Shown here piece by piece: positions 28,301 through 40,419 of a stretch of DNA of 64,000 nt. Below the pieces are notes generated by a model that was not told the origin of the DNA, ran no database searches, and was given only the letters and a program-made list of their open reading frames with translations. This stretch comes from the human T2T-CHM13v2.0 reference genome, Homo sapiens: NCBI RefSeq assembly GCF_009914755.1, contig NC_060928.1, one strand, 5' to 3'. Made by a program: the position numbers and the translations under genes. Numbering within the stretch: the stretch's first letter is position 1; each line of letters opens with the position of its first letter.

Positions 28301-28697
28301 AAACAATCTTCCAATTACTAGACATTATTGAGATAAAATTAATAATCACTCTCACTGTTTAGCTAAATATAAAATATATCCAAGGTTATCCCAGGAGTAT
28401 ATTAAAAGCAACATTATCTAAAACATTTGTCTGGCTTTTGCTTGGATGTTAGCTGAATGCAGTAAGCCATTTATGTTAACCTAAGGATAAGTGGTTTTAA
28501 ATGAGAATGAAGTCAATGAGACAACAGGGAATTAAAAAGAAAATCATATCATGATGACATTTAAAATATTAAGTAATTGATGGGAGTTAGGGTGATATGT
28601 AAATCTACTAGTCAATTTACAGGTAGGTCATGTGTAAAAGCACTAGAGAGAAAAATCTCCCCAAGATGACAGGAAACAAAGAAAAGAGAACTACTCT

Positions 28698-28880
28698 TTA
28701 TAATCTAATCTCCACTGGTATCATTCCATTTTATATAATAAATGGAAGATTCCTTTCTTAAAGAGTAGCTTTGAATGGATATATGAAAACTCCATCTTTA
28801 AGAAAAAGAAGCAGAAAAAAATGTAGATTTCATTTATTATATAAAGTGGAATGGTACTAGTGGAGATTAGAAGATTATAA
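28698..28880. repeat. Long imperfect inverted repeat (41-bp core arms plus an 11-bp inner stem)
   Basis: 28704-28744 is the reverse complement of 28831-28871 at 38/41 positions; inner tttcttaaaga / tctttaagaaa. Confidence 0.95.
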
Positions 28881-28932
28881 TCACTTGCTTAACAGTATAC
28901 TTACATCACTTGTTTAATAGTGTACTTTAACA
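28881..28932. repeat. Diverged tandem duplication (~25 bp x2)
   Basis: tcacttgcttaacagtatacttaca / tcacttgtttaatagtgtactttaaca. Confidence 0.85.
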
Positions 28933-29179
28933 TTACATAATCTTGTTTTAAATATAGTAATTTATTGGCATACGTGGAAAATTTAATACAGAAGCACAGA
29001 ATTAACCCTGATAACTGGAACCAATGTATCTTGACAGGCATTCTCTTTGGTTTTACTATCTCCTCTTTATTCTTCAATTCTCATCATTTCCTGAAAATCC
29101 ACTCTGAAGTTGAGCACTACTGTTTTATTCCTATTTGTCTTTCTTTCACTAATTATTGATTTCAATTGCATATTAATTG

Positions 29180-29340
29180 TTATATTTACCTGTTTAATAT
29201 TCAGCCTTCCAAATACATTGTAAGTACCATGAGTAGAGAGGCCATGTTTGATTTCTTTATTATTTTAAACTCAATGTGTAGGACAGTATTTAAAAAAAAA
29301 ATAGTTACCAAGTAAATATATGTAAGTTAAAAAATGAATG
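29180..29340 (+). mobile_element. L2 3' end
   Basis: cattgtaagtaccatgagtagagaggccatgt...gtaaatatatgt..aatgaatg. Confidence 0.7.
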
Positions 29341-29374
29341 GCCCTACAATTATTAATAGTTTAGTCACTACTCA

Positions 29375-29620
29375 ATCCTTTATTTATTCATTAAATAAAT
29401 ATTTATTGAGCACTTTGTAGGCACTCAGAATATATAGGTAAATAATACATAAAAGAGGCCTTGCCCTGTTGAACTTACGTGGTATTAGAGGATATGGACT
29501 ATAATAATAAAGAGTAAATAAATAATTTAATAATAGGTTAGAAAAGTGCTAAGTGATTATGAGGAAAAAATAACAAAGTAAACTACTATAAGGGAATTAG
29601 AAATTTAAGAACAACGTCCA
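29375..29620 (-). mobile_element. L2 3' end
   Basis: tttattcattaaataaatatttattgagcact...ccttgccctgttgaacttac. Confidence 0.8.
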
Positions 29621-29659
29621 GGGCATCTCTTATATAGTATTGAGAGATTGAAATGCTAG

Positions 29660-29805
29660 GTGGTGTCTTTGCTTTGCCATTCAATGGCTTTATGGCCTCC
29701 TTTTCTTTTTTCTTTTTTTTTTGGCCTCATTTTTTAAGGTACCTCTGCAAAATTAGATATTTGACAGAAATTTACTCCAGGATGCTTATAATATTCTATG
29801 ATTCT
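29660..29805 (+). mobile_element. MIR3-like SINE relic
   Basis: ggcctcattt..ctgcaaaat; terminal attctatgattct. Confidence 0.55.
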
Positions 29806-30880
29806 GTCTAAGCTAAATAACTCTTGCAGAGTGCATGAATCGGTGATATTAATTCTTGTTACAATTTAAGAAAACAAATGGGGGCATCAGATTCAAACAA
29901 AAAACATCTGGCTTTGATGATTGATGAACAAACCACATTTGTTATTATTTGAGATTTAATACTAATTTCATTCATTACCTAGAATCCCTGCATATGAAAA
30001 GCTGTCAACTATGTTATAAAATTTTCTGCCATTTTTGAAAATAATACAATGGTAAGCACAAGCAAAATCACTTCACAGTAGAACATGAATAAAGTATAAT
30101 TTTACAATGTTATATGATATTACGCTGTGTTACATTTATGATGTTGTATTATGTCAGGTTTGTTTGGTTTTCTGAAATATAAAATGTGATGGAAAAAATG
30201 TTAGATATTCATATTCTGGTTTTATTGTGCTAGATGTACCGCCTGTCTATAAGTTCCAGGTGGTTCTTCAAACTAACTTAACTACTTAAAAATTTCAAAT
30301 ATGACAAATAGCTCTTTGAAGTTGACTTTTGTGTGTGCTTCAGAGAAACACAAGATGGAACATAAATAAAAACAACTCACAGAAACAAGGTTTAAGATCT
30401 GACATTTCTAAGCAGCAGGTTTCTCTTGTCCTCAGGGAGATAAACAAAACTATTGAAAACCCCATTAGGTATATTTATAGGCCAGGTTTAATGTCCAAGA
30501 TGTAAACTAAGATGCCAGACTGCCAGCCACCAACTTTGGGACAGAAGAAAACAGCTTCTTAGAAGGAATGTTTTCATCCTTTTCTTATCTATATTCCAAA
30601 GACATGACACCTTAATCTTTTATACGGTGCAGGGGGAGCCTTCTTTTAGATTACTTTCCATGAACAATTTTATTTTTTGGTGAAATGTTGTCTGGGGGAA
30701 ATTCACTAACCTGTTTTCTGATATACTGTACTTACTTATTCTTAAGTATGGAAAGAGGGGGCTGGAGAAGCAGAATTCAGAATTTTTCATGGCTCCTCAA
30801 TGGAAAATAAACATGAATAAATAACTGATCCCAAAGAAAACATACCAATGAACTGCCCCAGCAAGAACAATTATTGATAC

Positions 30881-31246
30881 TGTGCTAGTCTGTTTTCAGG
30901 CTGCTGATAGAACATACCTGAGGCTGGGTAATTTATAAAGAAAAATAAGTTTAATGGACTCAGCAGTTTCACATGCCTGGGGAGGTCTCACAATCATGGT
31001 GGAAGGCGAAAGGTACAGACGGCCTACATGACAGCAGTTGAGAGGAAATGAGAGCCAAGCGAAAGGGGTTTCCCCTAATAAAATCATCAGATCTCATGAG
31101 ATTTATTCACTACCAGGAGAACAGTATAGGGGAAACCACCCCCATGATTTAAGTACCTTCCACCAGGTCCCACCCACATCAAGTGGGAATTATGGGAGAT
31201 ACAATTCAAGATGAGATTTAGCTGGGGACATAGCCAAACCATATCA
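30881..31246 (-). mobile_element. THE1 (B/C-type) solo LTR
   Basis: gagagccaagcgaaaggggtttcccc; ends agccaaaccatatca; 5-bp TSD gatac/gatgc. Confidence 0.95.
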
Positions 31247-31362
31247 GATGCTGTGAGGTATGTGAGAGCCAAAGGATATCTTATATGTCAACGAATCAGT
31301 GTAGTTTTATAGGGCATCTGAAATAGACTTTTTCATATAGTTCCACAGGGCCAAATTGGTAT

Positions 31363-32070
31363 ACATTATGGACTGATGCTTGTGTTCTCTCAAATTTCAT
31401 GTTGACCTCTAACCTTCAGGGCAGCTGCATTTAGAGTAAACAATAAGGTTAAATAAGGTCAAAAGTATAGGCCCCTGATTTAATAGAGTAAGTGTCTACA
31501 TAAGAAGCGACACCAAAGAGCACTCTCTCTCACTATCCCTGCACACAAAGGAGAGGTCATGAGAGCACATATGGAGATGCTGGCCACCTACAAGCTGAGA
31601 GAAGAGGCCTCAGAATGAAGCCTACCTTGCCAGCACCTTGATGTGGGACTTTTAGCCTTTGGAACTGTGAGAAAATATATTTATGTTACTTTAAGTCACC
31701 TAGGCTATTTTATGTTGTATTTCGTTTTTCTTTTTTCTTTTTTTTTGAGACAGGATCTTGCTCTGTTGCCCAAGCTGGAGTGCAATGCACAATGTCAGCT
31801 CACTGCAGCCTCGACCTTTCTGGGCTCAAATTGTCCTTCCACCTCAGCCTCCAGAGTAGTGAGGACTTTAGGCATGGGCCACCATGCCATGATAATTTTT
31901 GTATTTTTTGTAGAGATGAATTTCACCATGTTGCCCAGGCTGGTCTTGAACAACACTGAGCTCAAGCAATCCACCCACCTTGGCCTCCCAAAGTGCTGGG
32001 ATTATAGGTGTGAGTCACCACACCTAACCTGATACATTTTTTTATGGCAGCCCAAGGAGGCTTATCTGGT
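31363..32070 (+). mobile_element. MLT1A-like solo LTR interrupted near its 3' end by an AluJ
   Basis: gaagaggcctcagaatgaagcctaccttgccagcaccttgat; resumes tttatggcagcccaag after the Alu. Confidence 0.88.
31722..32029 (-). mobile_element. AluJ
   Basis: gagacaggatcttgctctgttgccc; cactgcagcctcgacct; ctgggctcaa; gagctcaagcaatcc. Confidence 0.93.
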
Positions 32071-33478
32071 ATGTATAATATAGAAATAATAATTTTATTT
32101 ATATATAAGTAAAACTTTCTAGCCTTGTGCTCAGGTGAAATTGACAAACTTGAATAGCATACTGAGTCTACTTTCATTAAGAGATTAAAAAAGGCCAAAT
32201 AATCCAGAGTGTGTTTATGGCTTGAAGAGGAAATGGATTAAATAGAGCATAGAGTTCTATTTCAAACTTGGATGAAATTTCCTGATTATGTGGACTGAAT
32301 TGGAAATGCCGACCAAGGAATATGTTTATAAGGAAATGTTATTCATTGTAATTGTGTACTTTTAACATGTGAGAAAAGACAAATCTAGAAATGAAGACAA
32401 AGAAAAAGCAGTGAGTTCCAATGTTGTGAAGGAAATATTACTGGAAAGGGTTAAGAAGTGACACTAGAATCTGAAAAGAAACTACATTTGCTGGTAGAGG
32501 CAGGAAAATTGTTTTAATGACTTTGCCAATTAACAATTGACTGTGATAATTGCTGAGGATTAAAAAAAAGTTTACTATTACTTTTATTTTGCTGTCTCAT
32601 ATAAATCTACATTTTTTCTGCCTTTTTTTTAAGGATGGAGATTTCATGTATCCATTCAAAGCTACTCTTTAAGAAAAAGATCAAATCCTATAGGGCAAAT
32701 TACAAGACATTTGTCCTAAATTAGAAGTGGTTCTAATCTTTTCTAATGTTCATTGAAACAAAAGAAATTAATCTTAAAATATTTGATCATCTTTAAAGAC
32801 GGACTCTATAAGTAATAGTCTTGGACTTGTCCAAATACTGCTATGATTTTTAAGTATCTAGATTTATCAGAAATTTAACAATTATTTTCTCTTTCATACA
32901 AACTTCTTTTTCTTCTGGACTTATTTTTTGGAATCATTATCTTTATGCTGAACTGGTATCTGTCTCAGGATCACTCTAAATATAGCCTAGAGAATTCTAC
33001 TACCTTATGGATTAAAACAATCCAAGTAAGAATCTTGAAAAGCAAGCAAAATTCACATTCAAGCAAATTTACATATTTGTTAGCCTTTGTATAAGCAGAT
33101 TCCTTTAAGTATCAACTTTTATGCACAATTTGCCAGTTACTTAAAATCCTTTGCAACTGTTATATGAGAACTTAAAAATAAAATATTTGACCTTTTGTTT
33201 AGAAAGCTGTGAATAAGAACATAGCACACCAAGACTTCTCAGCTGAGATATTTAACACACCAAGTTTGGTTCAAATGAACATTTGGTACAGATTTTTACA
33301 TTCTCTCTTTACACTGGCAAAGGTGGAAGTCAGAAAACTGGTTTATACAGATTCTACATGTCAAGCCCCCAGCAACTGAACGTCAAGTCTGGTGCCGAAG
33401 ACTGCCAAGTGTTCTTTTTCACTTCAGAGAACAAAATATTTCTTATTACCACATTTGTCTATTAAGAAAGCTCATTGA

Positions 33479-33793
33479 GGCTGGTCCACATCTATAATCC
33501 TAGCACTTTGGGAGGTTGAGGTGGGAGAATCACTTGAGGCCAGGAGTTCAAGACCATCCCTGGCAATGTAGTAAGACCCCGTTTCTACATTTAAAAAAAA
33601 ATTAAAATTTACAAATCAGCTGGGCATGGTGGCTCGAGCATAGACATGGTCTTAGCTACTTGGGAGGCTGAGTGAAGTGGGAGAACTGCTGGAGCCCAGT
33701 AGTTCAAGGACTGTAGTGAGCTAAGAATGCTATGAATGCATCGCCGCACTCCAGCTTGGGCAATAGAACAAGATCACATCTCAAAAAATAAAG
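33479..33793 (+). mobile_element. AluJ (Jo/Jr-like)
   Basis: Dimer with cttgaggccaggagttcaag; TSD aagaaagctcattga / aagaaagctcactga. Confidence 0.93.
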
Positions 33794-34345
33794 AAAGAAA
33801 GCTCACTGAACTTCTGAAAGTTTGGGTTTTCTCTCTTTGATATTCTTATGATCTAATTCACTGGGATTACTTCAATCACCATTTGCTATTCTGGCTTAGA
33901 ATTTTACATTCCTCTAATCTGGTTCCCACAATGCTGCCATGGAAGTTTTTCAAAAACACAAGTTTATTTTATCGCCAGTTTCAGACAATTCAATATCACC
34001 CATGGGAGAAAGCCTACACTCTTTAGCCAATCCTATGAATGTGTACATGATTATGTGTTTGTGTGTGTGCACGCAGATGTTTGCCTTTGTGGGTGTTTCT
34101 GTGTGTGCAGTCAGGTTCATATATATCTTCCACTTCCTTTGCAAACTACTTTGTACTCATGCAAAACTACCTGTAGTTTTCAGAAAGTGCCACACTGATT
34201 TATCCTTTTTTTTTTTTGCCTGGGACAGCATAACTCCCACTTTTGAAATGCCTGTCCCTTCTTCGCCACCAATATCCTAGAAAACAGGCTAGATTATTTT
34301 ATTCACTTCTCAAAATTTCTGGCAAGGTCTCTTATTTATTTAAAG

Positions 34346-34496
34346 AGCATTGGGAGATATACCTAATGATAGATGACACGTTAGTGGGTGCAGCGCACCA
34401 GCATGGCACATGTATACATATGTAACTAACCTGCACAATGTGCACATGTACCCTAAAACTTAAAGTATAATAAAAAAATAAAAAAAATAAATAAAT
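34346..34496 (+). mobile_element. Severely 5'-truncated young L1 (L1HS/L1PA2 boundary; ACG/A type)
   Basis: Near-identical to the L1HS 3' terminus; gatgacACGttagtggg at 34378-34380 and cttaAagtataat (A at 34463); A-rich tail; aaagag repeated on both flanks. Confidence 0.93.
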
Positions 34497-34509
34497 AAAG
34501 AGTATTAAA

Positions 34510-34803
<294 letters not shown>

Positions 34804-35049
34804 GTGTTAAACACCTTTGTTTGACGAGACAAAATTATTCAAACAATCCCTTGTGACTTTGTTGAAGTTTGTAAAGATTTCTAGCACTTTATTGCACTTA
34901 CTTATTTTTGCCTAGCTCTCTCTTCAAAACTAATGACTCCCAACAGTTGGAGGTATGTAAAAATACTTATGTTAATGAGAGGTGATAGAGTTGGGGGGCA
35001 GACATGAAACTGAGGAGTTTAATTTTCTTTACAAGTTGATGTGTGCCCT

Positions 35050-35150
35050 AGAGAGAGATCAACTTGAGCCAAGGGCAGAGTCTTTTTATAACCACTTCTC
35101 AGCAAGATACCTGGTAGACATAATGCGTACAATAAATACTTGTTACACAA
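35050..35150 (+). mobile_element. L2 3' end fragment
   Basis: aagggcagagtc...acctggtagacataatgcgtacaataaatacttgtt. Confidence 0.55.
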
Positions 35151-35566
35151 ATGCATAGATGGTTTTTCAAAAGGTTACAAAGAGATCTTCAGTGTGTGCA
35201 AACATTTTATTTTTTCTTCTTTTGTTAAAATTTTATGTTTTGAAAAGGAAGATATTCTGTATTAATTTGGATGAATATTTCAGAGCAAGTATAACTATAG
35301 AAATATACTTCTAGCTCTATCTGAATATACATGTTTGTTTATATGATATATATTTGTGAATCCAGTAAAGTCTGCATTCTGAAAAGATGGAGACATGCCA
35401 TCCTTTCTGCCATACATAATAAACATCTTTACCTCTCCCAACTTTTATGAGAATTCTAAGTGGGTGCTCAATAAATGTTGATTAAACAGGTGCATTTTTG
35501 ATATGTAGTCGGATGGGAAATAATTGCTGTTTTAAAAGCTGCCTCTGGTTTTCTTAGGTGCTATAG

Positions 35567-36022
35567 TGTGAAGCAGTTGTGCTCCGGTGCGCCAGTGACC
35601 AGCTTGTCTGAGTGCAGTGAAACAAAACACCCATACACACGATTACCTGAAACATGTTCATTACTTCCAGACAGGCAGCAAGGGACAAGAGAGCCTAGGA
35701 TGTGTTGCTATCCAGTCCTCCAAGGCTCGGGAAAGCTGCTTGGGGTGGATGGAGATTCATCTGCACATGTCCCATTTGTACAGCTGCTGAGGGACCCTGG
35801 AAAGTAGCCCACTTTGGGTTTTATACCTTGGGGTCACATGATGCACTGAGCTGAAGTGTTAAAGTACATCCTGTTTCTAAAAGGGACTAGATTAGAGCCC
35901 AAAGTGTTTGGCCAGTCTCTCCCATATTTGAGAATGTTGCATTCCCAGCACATTCTACAGTTATTCTTAAGAGCAAGCAAGGAAGAGAACTGGTAAAAGG
36001 CCACGCAGAGAACTATTCTGCA
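35567..36022 (-). mobile_element. ERVL-class solo LTR (MER54/MER73/MER74 group)
   Basis: Minus strand starts tgcagaatagttctct...aagaataactgtagaatgtgctgggaatgcaaca, carries a TATA-like tataaaacccaa and ends ...cttcaca; TSD tatag/tctag. Confidence 0.8.
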
Positions 36023-36742
36023 TCTAGGAATAGAGATAAAATTCATCTTTGGAAAAGACCTCTTCATTATTAAGTAATCAAAACCAAAGAAGTATACACA
36101 CATACACACACTCAAATGTGTCTTTTAGCTATGCAAATATAAAACCCAGAGTCTAGGTTTTATAGTCTAGAGAGAAAAGATTGATAAGAGAAGTGCTAAA
36201 TTGCTCTGCACATAAATGTAAAATGATTGCTTGTCTGTCTCACTATCCAAAATGAGCTCATCTTTTATCTGAGTTTTGCCATCTTTATCTGAGATAATAT
36301 AATTGTGCTTATCTGAGCACAATTGTTGGCACTTTTCACCTACTCAGTAAATCCCAGGTGATGAACTAAATGCATTGATCTGAACTGTTACAGTGCTCAA
36401 CAAACAGCAACAGCAATCATTTGCACATCTAAAAGTTTATGTTTGCATTACCATATGATTACAAAATGTACAAAACATTACGATATATAAAACAAGAATT
36501 TAAACAATCATAGAAAGTATTTACTTCAAACCAAATTGCTATATTTATATCTTAATTGACATTTCTTAGAGAACCACCTGCCTCGCAGTAACTTCCTGTC
36601 ATTTAAGAAAGTATTTGTCAAACACATTTCTAAATAGTTATTAAAGATCATTCATGCCGTTAATTAATAAGGGGGTAAATCACCATTACTCTTATTTTAC
36701 CAATAATGACATTTAGACTCACAGTTTAAGAAACTATTGCAA

Positions 36743-37089
<347 letters not shown>

Positions 37090-38061
37090 TCACATGATAC
37101 TGCCTTTGTTATAGGATAGTAATATCTTTCAGTGCTTCATTGAAAATAAAAACACAAATTTAGGGTTAGAGAATGAAGATGTTCTCTCCTGCAATGCCTG
37201 TTCTAATTTAGATGCAAAGAGTCGTAAAACAGTGGCTAGGATTTTTAATCCATTTGCATACATTTAATGTTTTTGTCTATGACTGAATATTTGTATTGAA
37301 CTTCAAATAAGAAAAAAAGCCATAATTACACTTTATGTGTATTTTATATTTCTAGAGTGTAATTGTTTCTACATAATAAACTATGAAAGAGATGTTTCAG
37401 AAATTTTGATCAATATTCTCTTTCTGATTAGTGATGTCTCAACAGATGTTTTCAAAATGATAAACTGGCTTCATCAACCTTATTAACATTGGTATTTGAG
37501 AAATTACTTGCCGGTAACATACCGAAGGCTAGAGCACAGTTAATTGCTATGTTATACAAAATTGCTAAGTACTACAAAAATCCTCTCAGCTTAAGAAAAA
37601 TAGTGACCAGTACACTCAGAACTCTGTACAGGCATTTTTAAAAGCAAAATTTGATATTTAATATAAAGAATGTGATTTTTTTTCTCAAATACATTCTTAA
37701 GTTCTTTCATTGTCATATGGAAGTTTCTCAGTTATTTTGATAAAGACATATGACATGTTTTGTCTTATCTATTCATATACTTAAATTCTAAGAGTTACAA
37801 ATTAACCTAGAAACTTAGCTTGGCTGGTTGAAAGTAGAATCCTGCAGTATGTCAATGAATTACAACATTAATTTTCATAAGAGCTTAATCACTTATTAAG
37901 CATATTAATGTTAAGGGTTTTACATCTCTTTTAATCAATACCACCTTGTTAAGCAAGCAAATGTTGTCTTCTAGAAAATGTGCTATCTTTGATTGGACAG
38001 TGTGCCTACTCAATTATATTATATATGACTGTGTCATCTCTATGTATTACTGCATCCCACT

Positions 38062-38185
38062 GACTCATTCTTTGATTCATTCATAGGAAAATATTTTTGA
38101 GTGCCTACTATGAACCAGGTACCATTCTGGGTTTGGGAGGTAGAGTAGGGAGGAAAACAAAGTCTCCACCCTGGAGCTTATATGC
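38062..38185 (-). mobile_element. L2 3' end
   Basis: tcattcat..tttttgagtgcctactatgaaccaggtacca..ccctggagctta. Confidence 0.8.
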
Positions 38186-38742
38186 CTTCTTTGATAATAA
38201 TTTGATTAGAAACAAATGATATTTTACCACTGGCCTTGATTATTTATTTTTATCCTACAGCTGTTTTTCATAGAATTAAACAAATCTCAGCAGACATCCT
38301 TGTTATTTCAATTATGTTAAATTACACTTTGTCTTAGGACAGAAACCAAAGCAAATGAGCTACAAAAGGGCCTATTTGCCTTTCAATCCATGTAGAAATG
38401 TTGTAGGATATACATTTCATGTATCTGTAGCTTCAGTATCTAAATATTTTGGACCAGGTCTGCTCTGGTAGTAAGTATTGAGTCAATAGTTTTCCAAGCA
38501 GGATGCTACAACAGAAGGCTTTTTCATGGTCTGCTCTTAAGCAATCAAATATAAAAGCAAATAGATAAGCTAGAAACTTCTGCTGCACACTGAATGAAGC
38601 TCAACTGATTTAAACACCTACATGTGTGTCATTTTTTTGTTTGTGTGTTTGCTTGCTTCAATTATCTAACTAAAAGAGAAGATTTGCCCTGAATAATCAT
38701 GATGATAGAATTGGTTGTATCTTTAGTTCATGTAATCTAGAT

Positions 38743-38956
38743 CAATGGTTCTTAACCAGAGATGTTTTGGTCCCTGGAGACACTAAGCAATATCTGGTGA
38801 CATTTTTGGTTGTCACAGCTAGGGGGGTGCTCCTGGAATCCAGTGTGTAGGGGTCACAAATGTTGCCAAATACTCTAAAATTTATAGAACAACCTCTCAC
38901 AATGAAAAATTATCTGGCCCAAAATGTCAATAGCACTGAGGTTGAGAGAGACACAG
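38743..38956 (+). mobile_element. MER20 (hAT-Charlie non-autonomous DNA transposon)
   Basis: caatggttcttaacc...gacatttttggttgtcaca...aattatctggcccaaaatgtcaatagcactgaggttgaga. Confidence 0.93.
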
Positions 38957-39029
38957 TGTAAAAACCTAGATAGAGTTTGAAGTGAAACTTGAAATTTTCA
39001 TTACTGATGAAAGGTCATTCGTTTTTTGG

Positions 39030-39233
39030 AGGGCATTGCCAGATTGAGACAACAAAAATATAGGATATAAAATTAAATTTGATTTTATATAAAGAGCTTT
39101 TCTTTTCCTTTCTTTTCTTCCTCATTTTTAGTATGAATGTTTTACATGAACAATTGGGACATACTCATACTAAAAATGTATTTATATTTTTTCTGAGATT
39201 CAAATTTAACTGAGTATCTTGCATTTTATATTG
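39030..39233. mobile_element. MER53 (palindromic hAT MITE)
   Basis: ttgccagatt..aaaaatataggat..ttaaatttga; central catttttagtatga/tcatactaaaaatg; attcaaatttaactg. Confidence 0.88.
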
Positions 39234-39261
39234 AATTTCTCTTTGTGGGGCATTTAATAAC

Positions 39262-39970
39262 TACAAACCTTGTCCTATTTGTTTATCAATGTAGCACTGA
39301 ACATTTTCCCACGTCTCTTTTATCAGAACACATTTTTAATTTATATTCTTTTCACTCCCATAGTGCTTTGTCTGCATATTTGTTATAATATTTATGCAAA
39401 TATGCTTTATATTATTAGCAATTTATTATAGCTTGCCACCACTATTAACTTACAAGTCCATGTGATATGGAAGAACAGGAGATAGCAGTGGGAAAACATG
39501 TACTATTTACTTTTAAATTTATCATCATACCATAAACATCTGAACTGAACATCCTAGGCTATCAATATCAATATTTTTGATTTAAACAAAATATCTGAAA
39601 GTCAGTTTAATAATTTTTTTGAAAAAATACACTCATTTTACATATATTTTAAATCCATTTTAAACTCATTTTAAAACTATGACAAATTCTATCATAGCAA
39701 TGACTTCAAGAAATACTGTATATGGTAGACGGCAAAAGAGCAAAGTTTAATCCATGTCACTTCATTTGTGACCTTGGCAAAGTTACTTTGGGAGCGCAAA
39801 ACACTGATATAACATTCAGCATACATATAAAAAAGTATATTTAAGCATATATAATATATATAATGTATAAGCATATGTATAATATATAAAAGCATATATA
39901 GGTACACAAATATATTTGTACACAATGATACAGACCTTGTCCTATTTGCTTATCAGTGTAGCACTAAACA
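39262..39970 (+). repeat. Inserted duplicate of 46167-46681 with AT-rich filler, bounded by 42-bp direct repeats
   Basis: 39304-39823 aligns collinearly to 46167-46681; 39262-39303 and 39929-39970 match at 38/42. Confidence 0.93.
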
Positions 39971-40419
39971 AACCTAGTCACATGTATCTGCCTCACAAAA
40001 TCTCAATATGGCCTGAGGAATAGTTTTGAATCAAAAACAATTAGTGAAAGGAAGTTGGCTGATTGGAATTAGAAAAATAACCAGGAAATTAAAAATCTAA
40101 AAAATTTTTCAGGGCAATGTAACATCTAAAATATTCAGATAATTTTTATTGGAATCAAGTCATAGTTCCAGCAATTATGAATTCCATTTTAAGTGAGTTT
40201 ATGAAAGGTTCTGATATGCATATTTTACCAATTTTACATGATTATGATGAGTAATATGACAGTGGAATAATACCTCTCTGAATATTTTTTATACAGAAAT
40301 AAGATAGATGATGAGTATTTGTTGAAACATCAACACCACATTAGAGTCCTAGAGGAGCTGATTCCAGCATTTGTTCTAAGAAAAAAATTAATCTGCACTG
40401 TGGGAGGAATGGGCTTTAC

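Noticed and set aside
39262-39970. 42-bp direct repeats as CRISPR repeats or mini-LTRs
   Set aside because: Only two copies, eukaryotic context, no TG..CA ends or PBS/PPT; better explained as a target duplication
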